Source: Alphaproteobacteria bacterium (GTDB taxonomy: Bacteria > Pseudomonadota > Alphaproteobacteria > Bin95). From it: 64,000 bases of DNA. A model generated the notes under the pieces. It was given only the letters and a program-made list of their open reading frames with translations, made no database searches and was not told the origin of the DNA. Positions within the stretch are counted from its first letter, which is position 1; every line of letters starts with the position of its first letter. The DNA lies in the NCBI GenBank assembly GCA_963665325.3, contig CAXXWS020000002.1, forward strand, positions 576,001 through 640,000, given 5' to 3'. The translations under genes and the position numbers were made by a program. This document shows positions 8,912-17,489 of the stretch, piece by piece.

Positions 8912-10383
8912 GGCGCATCTCCCCGATCTTCGTCCTCGCCCGGACCGGGCGTCTTGTCATGGGGCAGCCAGGCCGGCGGCAGGCCGGTTGCGGCCTGGGC
9001 GTCGAGCATGCCCTTGAGCAGCGGCGGAAGTTCCCCCGTCCCCGCGCCGCCATTGCCATCGTTGCCGCCGGGGCCGGCGGGACGGCGCACGCCATCGGCG
9101 TTGCCGCGCTTGTCGAGGGGGTACAGCGTGCACAGGCGCTCGCCGCCTCGACCGTCGATCAGATCGACGCTGGCGAGGTTCCAGCGCGCGTAACGGATCC
9201 AGGCCTCGCGCAGGTGGCGCCACGGCTGTGGCACCTGGTAGCGGATGCCCTCGACCGAGACGGTGCCGTCCGAGCGCCTGAGCGTGCGCTTCCTGGTGAT
9301 GCGGAAGGCCGCCTTGAGCTCGGCCGAGCCGGGGCAGGATCTCGACGCGTCGACGCTCCCGGCCAGGCGTTGATGCGGCGTCATGCCGAGCTCGCGGTGC
9401 TTGCGGCGGTGATAGTCCTGCTCCAGCCAGGCGATGGTGGCGTCGTTGAGCATCTTCAAGGTAAGCGCGTCGACGCCTTCGAGCTGAGCCATCAGGCGCG
9501 ATTCGACCGTGCCCCAGAACGACTCGATCTTGCCGTTCTGATGGGGGCTGTAAGCGAGCGTCGTGACCCCCGCGATGCCGAGCCGGTGCAACCCCTCCTC
9601 GACCTCGCCCGCGGTCATCGCCGCGCCGTTGTCGGTCAGCAGGGACCTCGGCAGACCGCGCTTCATGAAGGCCTGGCAAAGGCCGTGGACGAACACCTCG
9701 GCGGTCTCGGCGAGGTACCACTGAAGGTGGCAGCCGAGGCGCGAGTGGTCGTCGAGGAAGCCGAGCAGGATCGGCGTCTTCCACTCGCCCGAGGCGGTCA
9801 GCACGCGACGCTTGGCGCTGTGCATGTCGGCGTGCCACAGGGCGTGAGAGCGCGAGACCTCGTAGCTCAATACCTCGCGGGCTTCGACCGCCGGCCTGGC
9901 CTCGCTCTCATGCCACTTGCGCCGGCGCTTGCGTACCAGCCCGCGAGCCCGCATCGCCCGGGTCAGCGTCGCGTAGGACGGTATCGGGCCGAGCTCGGGA
10001 TCGGCCTCGACCCGCGCGGCCAGATTCTCGTGATGAAGCTGCGCCGACCACGACGGATGCGCCCGGTACTGCTCGTGCAGCGCCTCGATCAGCGTCGGCG
10101 ACATCGCGCGCGGGCGCCCGGCATCGGCGCGCGGGCGCCGCTTGAGCGCCCCCACCGGATCGTTGTCCGCCGCCCGCGCCTGGTAGTACCAGCGCTCGAT
10201 CGTGGACACCGCGAAGCGCACCCGGCCCTTGCCGGACGGGTGATCCCACTCGCGTTCGGCAAGCCGCTCAAGCTCGGCGTGCAGCCGCCCCGCCGGCGGC
10301 GGCGAGGCCAGAAGCGGCCCGACCACCGCGAAGCGCAACCGCGCCCACCGGTCGCGACGCTCGCTCCCGTCGTTGCTGTTCAT
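8908..10383 (-). CDS. DDE transposase (IS481/Mu-like, with Mu C-terminal domain)
   Basis: WHAD, LTDNG, NGKIE catalytic triad; DGTVSVEGIRYQVP. Confidence 0.92.
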   Translation of the reverse strand: MNSNDGSERRDRWARLRFAVVGPLLASPPPAGRLHAELERLAEREWDHPSGKGRVRFAVSTIERWYYQARAADNDPVGALKRRPRADAGRPRAMSPTLIEALHEQYRAHPSWSAQLHHENLAARVEADPELGPIPSYATLTRAMRARGLVRKRRRKWHESEARPAVEAREVLSYEVSRSHALWHADMHSAKRRVLTASGEWKTPILLGFLDDHSRLGCHLQWYLAETAEVFVHGLCQAFMKRGLPRSLLTDNGAAMTAGEVEEGLHRLGIAGVTTLAYSPHQNGKIESFWGTVESRLMAQLEGVDALTLKMLNDATIAWLEQDYHRRKHRELGMTPHQRLAGSVDASRSCPGSAELKAAFRITRKRTLRRSDGTVSVEGIRYQVPQPWRHLREAWIRYARWNLASVDLIDGRGGERLCTLYPLDKRGNADGVRRPAGPGGNDGNGGAGTGELPPLLKGMLDAQAATGLPPAWLPHDKTPGPGEDEDRGDAP

Positions 10384-10431
10384 TCCGGCATCCCCCTCGC
10401 TGCTTCGTGGAGGTGCCGATGATGCGGTGCC

Positions 10432-11046
10432 CTATCCGTGCATCATAGAAACGCTTTCTGCGGGCGAAGCCGGACCTGCGCCGAGCGCGCAAAAGCCGGT
10501 CCACGGCATCAGCCAGACCAGGCTCCGCAGCAGCCGCGAGCGGAAGCCACGGCCCCGCATGATGCGCAGCAGCCGGCGCAGCGGCGCCTCTTCGGGCGGC
10601 GCCGCCAGCTCGCCCCGTCTCGCCTGCCACTCCCGGGTCAGCGGGAAGGCTTCCAGCCACCAGCGCCGCCAGCGCTTCAGCGTCGAGGCCGGAACCCCGC
10701 ACCGCCGCGCGATCGTCTGCAACCGCGCGCCGCCGGCCACAGCCAGCGCACTCACCACAAGGAACAGCGCCCCGACGTAAAAGCGCCTGCCGAAGAAACG
10801 CACCGACGGCGGCTTCACGCGGCGTCGGCACACCGAACAGCACAGGCTGAAGCGCCGAACGTCGTTCCGAAGATTCGCCGCCAGACCGTGCGGCTTGCGC
10901 GGGTAGCTCGCGCTGTGAAGCGCGCCGCCGCAGCGCGGGCAACCCGCCGCCCGGCACGCCTCCGCCTCGGCCGCGTCGACCTGCTTCAGAAAATCCCAAA
11001 CCCGGGCGTTGGAGAGATTGGAGTGCCGGAACAGCTTGTGCGACAT
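10432..11046 (-). CDS. Transposon accessory protein with Zn-ribbon (CPRC/CSVC) and HTH
   Basis: CPRCGG...CCSVC, VPASTLKRWRRWW; first gene of the element. Confidence 0.7.
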   Translation of the reverse strand: MSHKLFRHSNLSNARVWDFLKQVDAAEAEACRAAGCPRCGGALHSASYPRKPHGLAANLRNDVRRFSLCCSVCRRRVKPPSVRFFGRRFYVGALFLVVSALAVAGGARLQTIARRCGVPASTLKRWRRWWLEAFPLTREWQARRGELAAPPEEAPLRRLLRIMRGRGFRSRLLRSLVWLMPWTGFCALGAGPASPAESVSMMHG

Positions 11047-11193
11047 TGGGGCCGTCTCAGGTTGATGTCACTGTCACCGAGACAAGCCCTCCGGCGGCCT
11101 TCTTGCAAGATCGCCGGGGGGCACCCAATCCAAAACCTCGATTAATCCGAGCCGATCAGCCCCTGATCGCCGCTGAAAGCCTGCGCCCGCTCA

Positions 11194-11268
11194 CTCGGTG
11201 AGTTCCTCGACCTTCTTGTGCTCGACCGGGTCGAGTTCGTCGATGAGGCTTTGGACGTTGAGAGGCAT
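11194..11268 (-). pseudogene. First 25 codons of a probable HigA/XRE antitoxin, truncated by the transposon
   Basis: MPLNVQSLIDELDPVEHKKVEELTE, TGATG-coupled to the toxin stop and terminated by the TGA of the IS end. Confidence 0.7.
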
Positions 11269-11633
11269 CAGCGTGGTCCTTTCTCTGCGAGCCGGGCAAG
11301 GTGGCGGTCGAAACGCTCGTCGGCCTTTCGGATGAGGTCTCGATAGAAGCGGCGGCTCGGGCGGCCCGACTTATCGCTAGCTACGAAGAGGATGGCGTTG
11401 CGGTGCGGGTCGAAGGCGAAGGCGATTCGCCACTCGCCCTGGGCGGCGGTGAGTCGCACTTCCTTCATGTTTACATGGCGGGACCCGTTGAGGGTGACGA
11501 CATAGGGCCGGCCGAGGTGGGGGCCATGCTCGCGAAGGATATTCGTTGTTGCGAGAATGGTTCTCCTTACTTCGGTTGGTAGATTGCGGTACTCCGGCAC
11601 GAATTCGTCGGCCAGCTCGACGTGCCAGTTCAT
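11268..11633 (-). CDS. RelE/HigB (Gp49-like) type II toxin
   Basis: GPHLGRP..TLNGSRH.NMKE.R...WRIAFAFDP.R.AIL...DKSG...FY..LI..AD. Confidence 0.85.
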   Translation of the reverse strand: MNWHVELADEFVPEYRNLPTEVRRTILATTNILREHGPHLGRPYVVTLNGSRHVNMKEVRLTAAQGEWRIAFAFDPHRNAILFVASDKSGRPSRRFYRDLIRKADERFDRHLARLAEKGPR

Positions 11634-11639
11634 GACTGG

Positions 11640-11668
11640 AGCTTGTTGCGCCGGGTGGCGCAAGTCAA
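11640..11668 (-). promoter_or_regulatory. Putative toxin promoter with palindromic operator TTGCGC-N6-GCGCAA (11646-11663)
   Basis: Minus strand TTGACT-N17-CAAGCT just ahead of the ATG; the palindrome fills the spacer. Confidence 0.5.
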
Positions 11669-11713
11669 GGTTGCGGGGTGGAGCATGGTGGCCTCCTGGG
11701 CAAGCAACGGTCG

Positions 11714-11756
11714 TCGGGACGAAATCTGTTCTGAACTTGGGTATCGGGACGAAATC
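11714..11756. repeat. 13-bp direct repeat tcgggacgaaatc x2
   Basis: Copies at 11714-11726 and 11744-11756. Confidence 0.7.
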
Positions 11757-11779
11757 GGGTTGGACCGGGCGGAGATGAC

Positions 11780-11813
11780 AAAAAAAGGGGCCGCCGCTGG
11801 TTAGCGACGGCCC
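11780..11813 (-). terminator. Intrinsic terminator after ssb
   Basis: gggccgccgct/agcgacggccc stem with T7 on the minus strand. Confidence 0.75.
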
Positions 11814-11847
11814 GGGTTGGGGAGGAAGACAGGGAGGCGCGACGTCC

Positions 11848-12279
11848 TCAGAAGGGGATGTCGCTGTCGAGGTCGGCCGGTGCCGGGACGGGGTTCGACG
11901 CTGCGGGCTCGCGGTTGATGCCGAAGTCGTGGTCCTTGTCGAGGAACTGGATGCGTCCGCTCGGGACGACGAGGATCTCGGTCGAGTAGCGGTCGTTGCC
12001 GTCCTGGTCCTGCCACTTCCGGGTCTGGAGCTTGCCCTCGACCTGGACCAGCCGGCCCTTGACCGCCTTGCGCTCGAGGATGTCGACCAGGCCGTCCTGG
12101 AAGGTGGTGACGCGGTGCCATTCGGTCTTCTGGACGCGCTCGCCCCGGTTCTTGTCGTAATAGCCCTCGTCGGTGGCGATCGAGATATTTGCGACCTTCG
12201 TGCCGGTGGCGAGGTGGGAGATCGCGGCGGCGGCGCCGAGGCGACCGATGAGGAGGACCCTGTTCATTCCGAAAGCCAT
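11848..12279 (-). CDS. ssb: Single-stranded DNA-binding protein
   Basis: NRVLLIGRLG, TEWHRV, VEGKLQTRKW, acidic tail DSDIPF. Confidence 0.93.
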   Translation of the reverse strand: MAFGMNRVLLIGRLGAAAAISHLATGTKVANISIATDEGYYDKNRGERVQKTEWHRVTTFQDGLVDILERKAVKGRLVQVEGKLQTRKWQDQDGNDRYSTEILVVPSGRIQFLDKDHDFGINREPAASNPVPAPADLDSDIPF

Positions 12280-12376
12280 GGGATGGCTCCTTCGTTGTCT
12301 GGATGTTGACTTGAGTTGGGAACCGGACGACCGGACCGGGTGGCCCGATCGTCATTCGGTTCATCCGTGACCGGCT

Positions 12377-12547
12377 CTACTCAAACTCTTCGATGTCGAA
12401 GCGTGCGCCGGCGGGAGGGTTGTCGGGCAGGATCTCGCGGATCGCGCGGCCGCTGAGCCCGATTTCGGAGAGCAGTTCGCCGGTGGTGCCGGACGCTGGA
12501 TGGTCGCGCGGCTTGACGTGCTCGGTGGCATCGAAGTCATGGAACAT
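12377..12547 (-). CDS. Small hypothetical protein (56 aa)
   Basis: ATG preceded by GAAGG; co-oriented with its neighbours. Confidence 0.45.
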   Translation of the reverse strand: MFHDFDATEHVKPRDHPASGTTGELLSEIGLSGRAIREILPDNPPAGARFDIEEFE

Positions 12548-12789
12548 GGAAGCGCCTTCCGTTGGAGTGGGCCCGGTGTGCCGGGCGTCTACGCGGAAAG
12601 GGCTTTGCTCAATCTCATGGCACCGTTTTTCGGTGCCAGGGCGCTTGCGTGGGCCTTCGGCGATAGGCCGACGGGGTACAAGCAGAAGGGCCGGCACTAC
12701 GTGAGCACCGGCCCTGGCAAGCGGCTGGTTGTGGCGGCGGGTCAGGGGATGAGCTTTACCGCGGCGCGTGCAGGTGTGGGAGCTAAGGT

Positions 12790-13236
12790 CTAGCTTGCTG
12801 GAGCGACACTTGGCGCGGTGTTCCGAATGAGGGCATCGAGGGCCTTCATGGTTTGCGTATGGCGCTTGTCGAGGGCCTTCATGACTTCCTCGTGGCGCCG
12901 TTCGCTTTCCGCGCGCTCGGCGGCAAGGGAAGCCATGGCTTCCTTGTGGCGATCGGCCTCGGCATTCATGGCTTCCTTGTGGCGGTCGCCTTCGGCCTCC
13001 ATGGCGTCCTGGTGGCGAGCGTCGCGCTTCTCGCTGGCTTCGGTCATCCTGGCTATGCCGCGGGCGACGACGCGGATCTGGAAGAAGCCGATAACGCATC
13101 CGGCGACGACCAGGGCGGCGGTAACGATGACGAGGGCGGCGGTGACGGTCACCATGTCGCCGGTGGCGATGGCGGTAGCGGCTTGCGGATTCGTTGGCGC
13201 CAGCGTTGTTATGTCGGTGAAGAACATTTCGTACAT
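12790..13236 (-). CDS. Membrane-anchored coiled-coil protein with 11-residue RHxEAM repeats
   Basis: Strong RBS AAGGAGG; hydrophobic helix, then RHQDAM/RHKEAM/RHKEAM/RHEEVM/RHTQTM. Confidence 0.7.
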   Translation of the reverse strand: MYEMFFTDITTLAPTNPQAATAIATGDMVTVTAALVIVTAALVVAGCVIGFFQIRVVARGIARMTEASEKRDARHQDAMEAEGDRHKEAMNAEADRHKEAMASLAAERAESERRHEEVMKALDKRHTQTMKALDALIRNTAPSVAPAS

Positions 13237-13395
13237 CGTTTAGCCCTCCTTTGGCGGGGTCGCAAGTTGGCGCGGCGGGTGTTCCTTCCGCGCGAAGTCA
13301 CCCGTACGGGGCTGTCCTCTGCTTGCGGATCGCGACAGGGTGGCGGGTAGTTGCGGGCCGAAGGCCGCTGAACGGTGGCCGGCGGCGCATGCATG

Positions 13396-13425
13396 AAAAA
13401 GGCCGGCACTCATGGAGTGCCGGCC
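13396..13425 (-). terminator. Intrinsic terminator after the second ssb
   Basis: Perfect 11-bp stem ggccggcactc/gagtgccggcc plus T5 on the minus strand. Confidence 0.8.
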
Positions 13426-13446
13426 AGCTGGGGGAGGAAAGGTCCG

Positions 13447-13878
13447 TCAGAACGGGATTTCAGGCGCCGGGCCCGACGGCGGCGGGGCTGCCGCTTCCGC
13501 CGGCGGCCCGGAGGCGGGCGCCTTGTCCTCGGGACGGTCGAGGAACTCCATGCGGCCTTCCTGGTTGACGACGATCTCCATGGTGTAGCGGTCGTTGCCG
13601 TCCCGGTCCTGCCATTTGCGGTGCCACATCTTGCCGGAGACGAAGATCTTGCGGCCGCTCGAGCCGTGCTTGTCGAGCAGTTCGATCAGCGACTTCTGGA
13701 AGGTCACCACGCGGTGCCACTGGGTGCGTTTCACGGTCTCGCGCGCGTTCCGGTCCCAGTAGCTTTCGTCGGTCGCGACGGAGAGCGCTGCGACCCGGTC
13801 TCCGTTCTGCATCGTACGAATTTCGGGATCGTGCCCGAGGTGACCTATGACCTCGGCGCGATTCAGTCCATATGCCAT
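13447..13878 (-). CDS. ssb: Single-stranded DNA-binding protein (paralog)
   Basis: NRAEVIGHLGHDPEIR, TQWHRV, RKWQDRDGNDRY, ends EIPF. Confidence 0.92.
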   Translation of the reverse strand: MAYGLNRAEVIGHLGHDPEIRTMQNGDRVAALSVATDESYWDRNARETVKRTQWHRVVTFQKSLIELLDKHGSSGRKIFVSGKMWHRKWQDRDGNDRYTMEIVVNQEGRMEFLDRPEDKAPASGPPAEAAAPPPSGPAPEIPF

Positions 13879-13943
13879 CGGTATGCTCCTGCATGGCTGG
13901 TTGACGGGCCGCAGGGGGATTCTGCGCTGTTCGGAGTCCGGGA

Positions 13944-14390
13944 TCAATCGCCGGGACGGGCGCCAGGGACGGGGAGAGTTTCGAGCTCGGGGAACCGGCG
14001 ATCGCGATAGACCTGTCCCAGGCTGACGAGCTCGAGGGCGCTCCGGTGCGGGGGCATCAGGCATATCATGCGCCGGACCCGCTCCCGGGCGACCTCGAGG
14101 CGGCGCCGCTCGTGTCGTATGGCATGGTCGCAGCGCTTCGCCCGGGCGGCAGCCTCGGCGATGTTGCTCCAGAGGATCGGCAAGGGAGGGTCGGCCCGGT
14201 CGAACGCGGCGCCGACGGCCTGCCATTCCGCGAGCGCCGCATCGCGCTCGATCTCGGCCGCCCGAAAGTCATCGGCGCCAGGCGCCGGATGGCCGTACCA
14301 GTGCGGGATGGCAACGTGCGAACGGGAGCCGGCCGCCTGCGGCCGGGGAGGCCCCTCGCCGTGGAAGGGAAGGACGAGCTGAATGGGCAT
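13944..14390 (-). CDS. Hypothetical protein
   Basis: RBS CAGGAG; fits the gap between toprim and ssb. Confidence 0.55.
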   Translation of the reverse strand: MPIQLVLPFHGEGPPRPQAAGSRSHVAIPHWYGHPAPGADDFRAAEIERDAALAEWQAVGAAFDRADPPLPILWSNIAEAAARAKRCDHAIRHERRRLEVARERVRRMICLMPPHRSALELVSLGQVYRDRRFPELETLPVPGARPGD

Positions 14391-14411
14391 GGGCAAGGCT
14401 CCTGGACGGTG

Positions 14412-15410
14412 TCAGGCACGGGACGTGCAGCCGAGACACTGGCGGATGGCGTAGGCGCCGCCGGCGGCGAGGTCCTCGTTGAAGTCGCCAAGCTCGGGCG
14501 CCAGGACGCGGAAGCGGATCCCGCTCTGGCCGCAGCGCTTCGCGAGATTGTCCGCAGCTGCGCCGCCGTCGCGGCCGGCGTCCCGGGCGATAGCTACGCG
14601 CCGGCCGCGGGGAGGGACGAAGGCGCCGAGGCTGCCTGCGGACAGCGCGGCCGCGCCGGCGGCTCCGGGATATGCCGTGAGCAGCGAGAGAACGGTCTCG
14701 ATCCCCTCGCCGACGATCAGCACGGGATCGGGCCTTGCGTCGGCGGGTCCGAAGCGGACGGCCTGGCCATAGACGGGGCCGAGGGCCTTCTTCGGAGCCG
14801 GCACGTCGGCCTTCGCCGGCCGGTCCGGATCGAGGTAGGTGCGCAGCACGCCGGTGAGGCGGCCGGCGCCGTTCGTAACCGCGGCGACCAGGGCGGGATA
14901 TTCGCGCTGCGAGCTGCTGCCCGGGTCGCGGTAGCGGAGCTTCGGGTGGAACCGGAGCGAGGCGAACCGGCAGCGCTCGATGCCGCGCGCCTGCAGGTAG
15001 GCCTCGGCGTGGGTGCCGTCGATCGGCCGACAATAGCGCCAGAGGCGCAACGCGGCTCCGGAAGGATTGGCTTCGGCAGGACCGGCCGGCTCCGGCGCCT
15101 GGCGCGCGGGAAGTGCGAGGAAGGACCGGGCCTCGGAAAGGACGGCCGCCAGGCTGGTGCTGCGCGAATGGTGGCGAATGATGTCGAGCAGGTCGCCATG
15201 AGTTCCGTTCGCCATATCGTTCCATTTCCCGGGCCTTCCGGGAGCGCGGAGACGGACGATCAGCGAATGGCCGCGAGAGCCGTCGATATCGCCGACGACC
15301 CAGTAGCGCCCCTGGCGTTCGCCGGCGGGCAGATAGTGCCGGCAGACGTCCTCGGCTTGGGCGGCCAGGGCAGCGGCGATTTGGGTGGCGGGTGATGAGC
15401 AGGCATGCAT
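14412..15410 (-). CDS. Toprim-domain primase-like protein (ICE/plasmid type)
   Basis: VCRHYLPAG...GDLLD, YLQARGI, RTYL, IVGEGIETVLS, IARD, GDFNEDL. Confidence 0.85.
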   Translation of the reverse strand: MHACSSPATQIAAALAAQAEDVCRHYLPAGERQGRYWVVGDIDGSRGHSLIVRLRAPGRPGKWNDMANGTHGDLLDIIRHHSRSTSLAAVLSEARSFLALPARQAPEPAGPAEANPSGAALRLWRYCRPIDGTHAEAYLQARGIERCRFASLRFHPKLRYRDPGSSSQREYPALVAAVTNGAGRLTGVLRTYLDPDRPAKADVPAPKKALGPVYGQAVRFGPADARPDPVLIVGEGIETVLSLLTAYPGAAGAAALSAGSLGAFVPPRGRRVAIARDAGRDGGAAADNLAKRCGQSGIRFRVLAPELGDFNEDLAAGGAYAIRQCLGCTSRA

Positions 15411-15611
15411 GGGAGTTCTCCCGGTTGGCGGCAGCACGAAAGGCGGCGGCTGCAAGGGCAGCGGCCGGGTTCGGCATCGATCGCGGTGGTGGTAGTGGCG
15501 CCGGGGGTCGGAGCGGCGCGGCGGCCGGCTGGTCGTCCGGAGCCCCGAAGGATTCGTCAGGCGGGCGCTTTACTCAAACTAGCCGATCCCTCTTCCGGTC
15601 GCCTTCATTAC

Positions 15612-15655
15612 AAAAAAAGGGCATGGACCGCTGGTCGATTGCAGCAGTCCATGCC
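15612..15655 (-). terminator. Intrinsic terminator
   Basis: ggcatggac...gtccatgcc stem with T7 on the minus strand. Confidence 0.65.
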
Positions 15656-15822
15656 GATCGGTGATGTGGATTGAGACTGTGGGTGAGGCGCGTTATTGGC
15701 TCATCGCAGGTGCCGGAAGGGGTAGGATATCGGTTGAAATTCCGGCGACCTGGCGAAAGGCGGAGAACGCTGCAGCAGCGTTGGTGGATGAAAGATGAGG
15801 CCGCAGCCGTTGCAGGGTGAGG

Positions 15823-16281
15823 CTACTCGTCCGCACCGCCGGTTTGAGGAGCAGGATCGTCGCTCAGCAGGTTGCGGGCGATGATGTAGCGCTCGATGAA
15901 GTCGAGCTTGCCGAGGATCGAGCCTTTCAGCTCGGCCTGGCCGGTTTCGAGGGAACGGAGACGCTCGTCGAAGCCGTCCATGCGATTGTCGAAGCGCTGC
16001 TCTAGGCCGTCGATGCGCTTGTCGAGTCGTTGCTCGAGTCCGTCCATGCGCTTGTCGAGTCCGTCCATGCGCTTGTCGAGGCTGTCGATGCGCTTGTCGA
16101 CGCCGTCGAAGCGCTTGTCGACGCCATCGAAGCGCTTGTCGACGCCGTCGAAGCGCTTGTCGACGCCGTCGAAGCACTTGTCGACGCCGTCGAAGCGTAT
16201 ACCGATCCCGTGATGGCCGCGAAGCATGAGTCCTGCGAGTGCCACGCCGACGGCGAGGATGGCGATCGTTTCCGGGGTCAT
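15823..16281 (-). CDS. Membrane-anchored heptad-repeat coiled-coil protein (FDGVDKR)n
   Basis: N-terminal hydrophobic helix followed by about 8 heptads. Confidence 0.75.
   Translation of the reverse strand: MTPETIAILAVGVALAGLMLRGHHGIGIRFDGVDKCFDGVDKRFDGVDKRFDGVDKRFDGVDKRIDSLDKRMDGLDKRMDGLEQRLDKRIDGLEQRFDNRMDGFDERLRSLETGQAELKGSILGKLDFIERYIIARNLLSDDPAPQTGGADE
16033..16197. repeat. 21-bp coding tandem repeat (gcgcttgtcgacgccgtcgaa-like), about 8 units
   Basis: Visible directly; encodes the heptads. Confidence 0.85.
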
Positions 16282-16368
16282 GTTGAAATCCTAGCAGGTT
16301 GGGGGTTGACCGTCATCCTGGAGTGGGTGACGACGGGTTCCAGGACTCCGTGTATGGAGCGACGCGGG

Positions 16369-16632
16369 TCAGTGAAGATGTCCGGGCGGGCGGCCGATGG
16401 ACATGCAGTCAGCCACAAAGCTGTGCCACGAGGTGCGATCGAAGCCGAGGCGGGCGTTAAGGCGATCGCAGATGGTGTTTGCGTCGCCGAGGTTGGCGGC
16501 GGCCATGTCGGTCGGGATGTAGCCGGCGGCGTTTTCGAAGACGATGATGATCCTCTGGGCGCTGGTTTCGGGGAGGTCGTAGGCGGGAGAGAAGGCGAAG
16601 TTGAGGGTGTGCGGAAGGGGTTGAGGGGTCAT
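16369..16632 (-). CDS. Hypothetical protein (87 aa)
   Basis: ATGA-coupled to the PAPS-reductase gene. Confidence 0.6.
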   Translation of the reverse strand: MTPQPLPHTLNFAFSPAYDLPETSAQRIIIVFENAAGYIPTDMAAANLGDANTICDRLNARLGFDRTSWHSFVADCMSIGRPPGHLH

Positions 16633-17462
16633 GGGATCGACTCCGGGTTGACGGGGATTCCGGTGACCGCTGGAAGCGGCAGCCGGGTTGGGGAGAGGGT
16701 ATGGCCGATGCGGTGCTCGAGGGCGGCATACCGGGCGTAGAGCCGGGGGCGGAGTTCGGCAGCCCGGCGCAGGTCGGCGCGCGATGCGAGGATGCAGAAC
16801 GAGCAGCTCAGCCTGGTCATGCCGGCGGCATAGGCCCAGTGGGGAGACTGTCCCGCGCGTTCTATGGCGTTGAAGACTTCTGCTTCGGAGAAATCGAATA
16901 TGGGCAGCCAGTCGTGCCAGTCGCGGCCGGCCTTGCTGTTGCGGGCGTTGCGTGACCACGGAGTGCGCCTGGACCGATCGGTACTCTCGTCGGCGCGGAT
17001 GCCCATGCAGTTGACGATCCGGCCGGCAAATCGGGGATGTGCTGAGAGGTGCCGGCGGAGCTCGCGTTCGATGGGTCCGCGCTTGAAATCGCTGGTGCAG
17101 AAGCGCCGGCGCTTGTCCGGAAACAGCCCCCTCAGCTCGATGCGTTCGAGAAGGGACTGGCCGGAGGCGATCGGCGCGATGATGAGGGGCAGGCCGCGGG
17201 GCATGGTGGCCTCTATGTGGGAGATGGTGTCGGGCCATTCGACTTCGCCGAGCGGCGCGTGGACGATGACGATCCGGTCGTGGGGGATGAACCTTGACAG
17301 GAGGATCGTCATCGCCTGGCTATCTTTTCCTCCGCTGTGATTGATGGCGAACAGGGCACCGTCGCGGATCATGCGGCGGCAGGCGGGCGGTACGAGGAGG
17401 CGCCGCGCGGGAGGGGGAACGGGCCGGGCATTTTGCCCGACCGCGCCGGTTGGTTGGTTCAT
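16629..17462 (-). CDS. Phosphoadenosine phosphosulfate (PAPS) reductase-family protein
   Basis: PP-loop SGGKDS, FCTSDFKRGPI, GIRADES, RLSCSFC. Confidence 0.88.
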   Translation of the reverse strand: MNQPTGAVGQNARPVPPPARRLLVPPACRRMIRDGALFAINHSGGKDSQAMTILLSRFIPHDRIVIVHAPLGEVEWPDTISHIEATMPRGLPLIIAPIASGQSLLERIELRGLFPDKRRRFCTSDFKRGPIERELRRHLSAHPRFAGRIVNCMGIRADESTDRSRRTPWSRNARNSKAGRDWHDWLPIFDFSEAEVFNAIERAGQSPHWAYAAGMTRLSCSFCILASRADLRRAAELRPRLYARYAALEHRIGHTLSPTRLPLPAVTGIPVNPESIP

Positions 17463-17489
17463 GGCGAGGTCTCCGGATCGGTCGCGGCG

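Larger units (their letters stand above)
6810..11193 (-). mobile_element. 4384-bp four-gene DDE transposon, copy 1 (no TSD)
   Basis: Reverse complement of 17827-22210 (coordinates sum to 29020; all ORFs identical); TGAG...CTCA ends; flanks cccgg/ctcgg differ. Confidence 0.92.

Noticed and set aside
7083-9095. 670-aa ORF call (and 19925-21937)
   Set aside because: The N-terminal half overlaps ExeA and the transposase out of frame; the real gene starts at the coupled GTG (8081/20939)
6805-11198. cccgg/ctcgg as a mutated TSD of copy 1
   Set aside because: The flanking genes are unrelated and on opposite strands, so they cannot be one target site
12377-12547. Possible similarity of the 56-aa ORF to DUF2493-protein N-termini
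   Set aside because: Too short and weak to support without a search
16033-16197. Possible CRISPR array
   Set aside because: Contiguous coding 21-bp units with no spacers; no cas genes
16629-17462. Complete Dnd/Ssp phosphorothioation system
   Set aside because: No DndA/B/D/E or Ssp partners visible in the window
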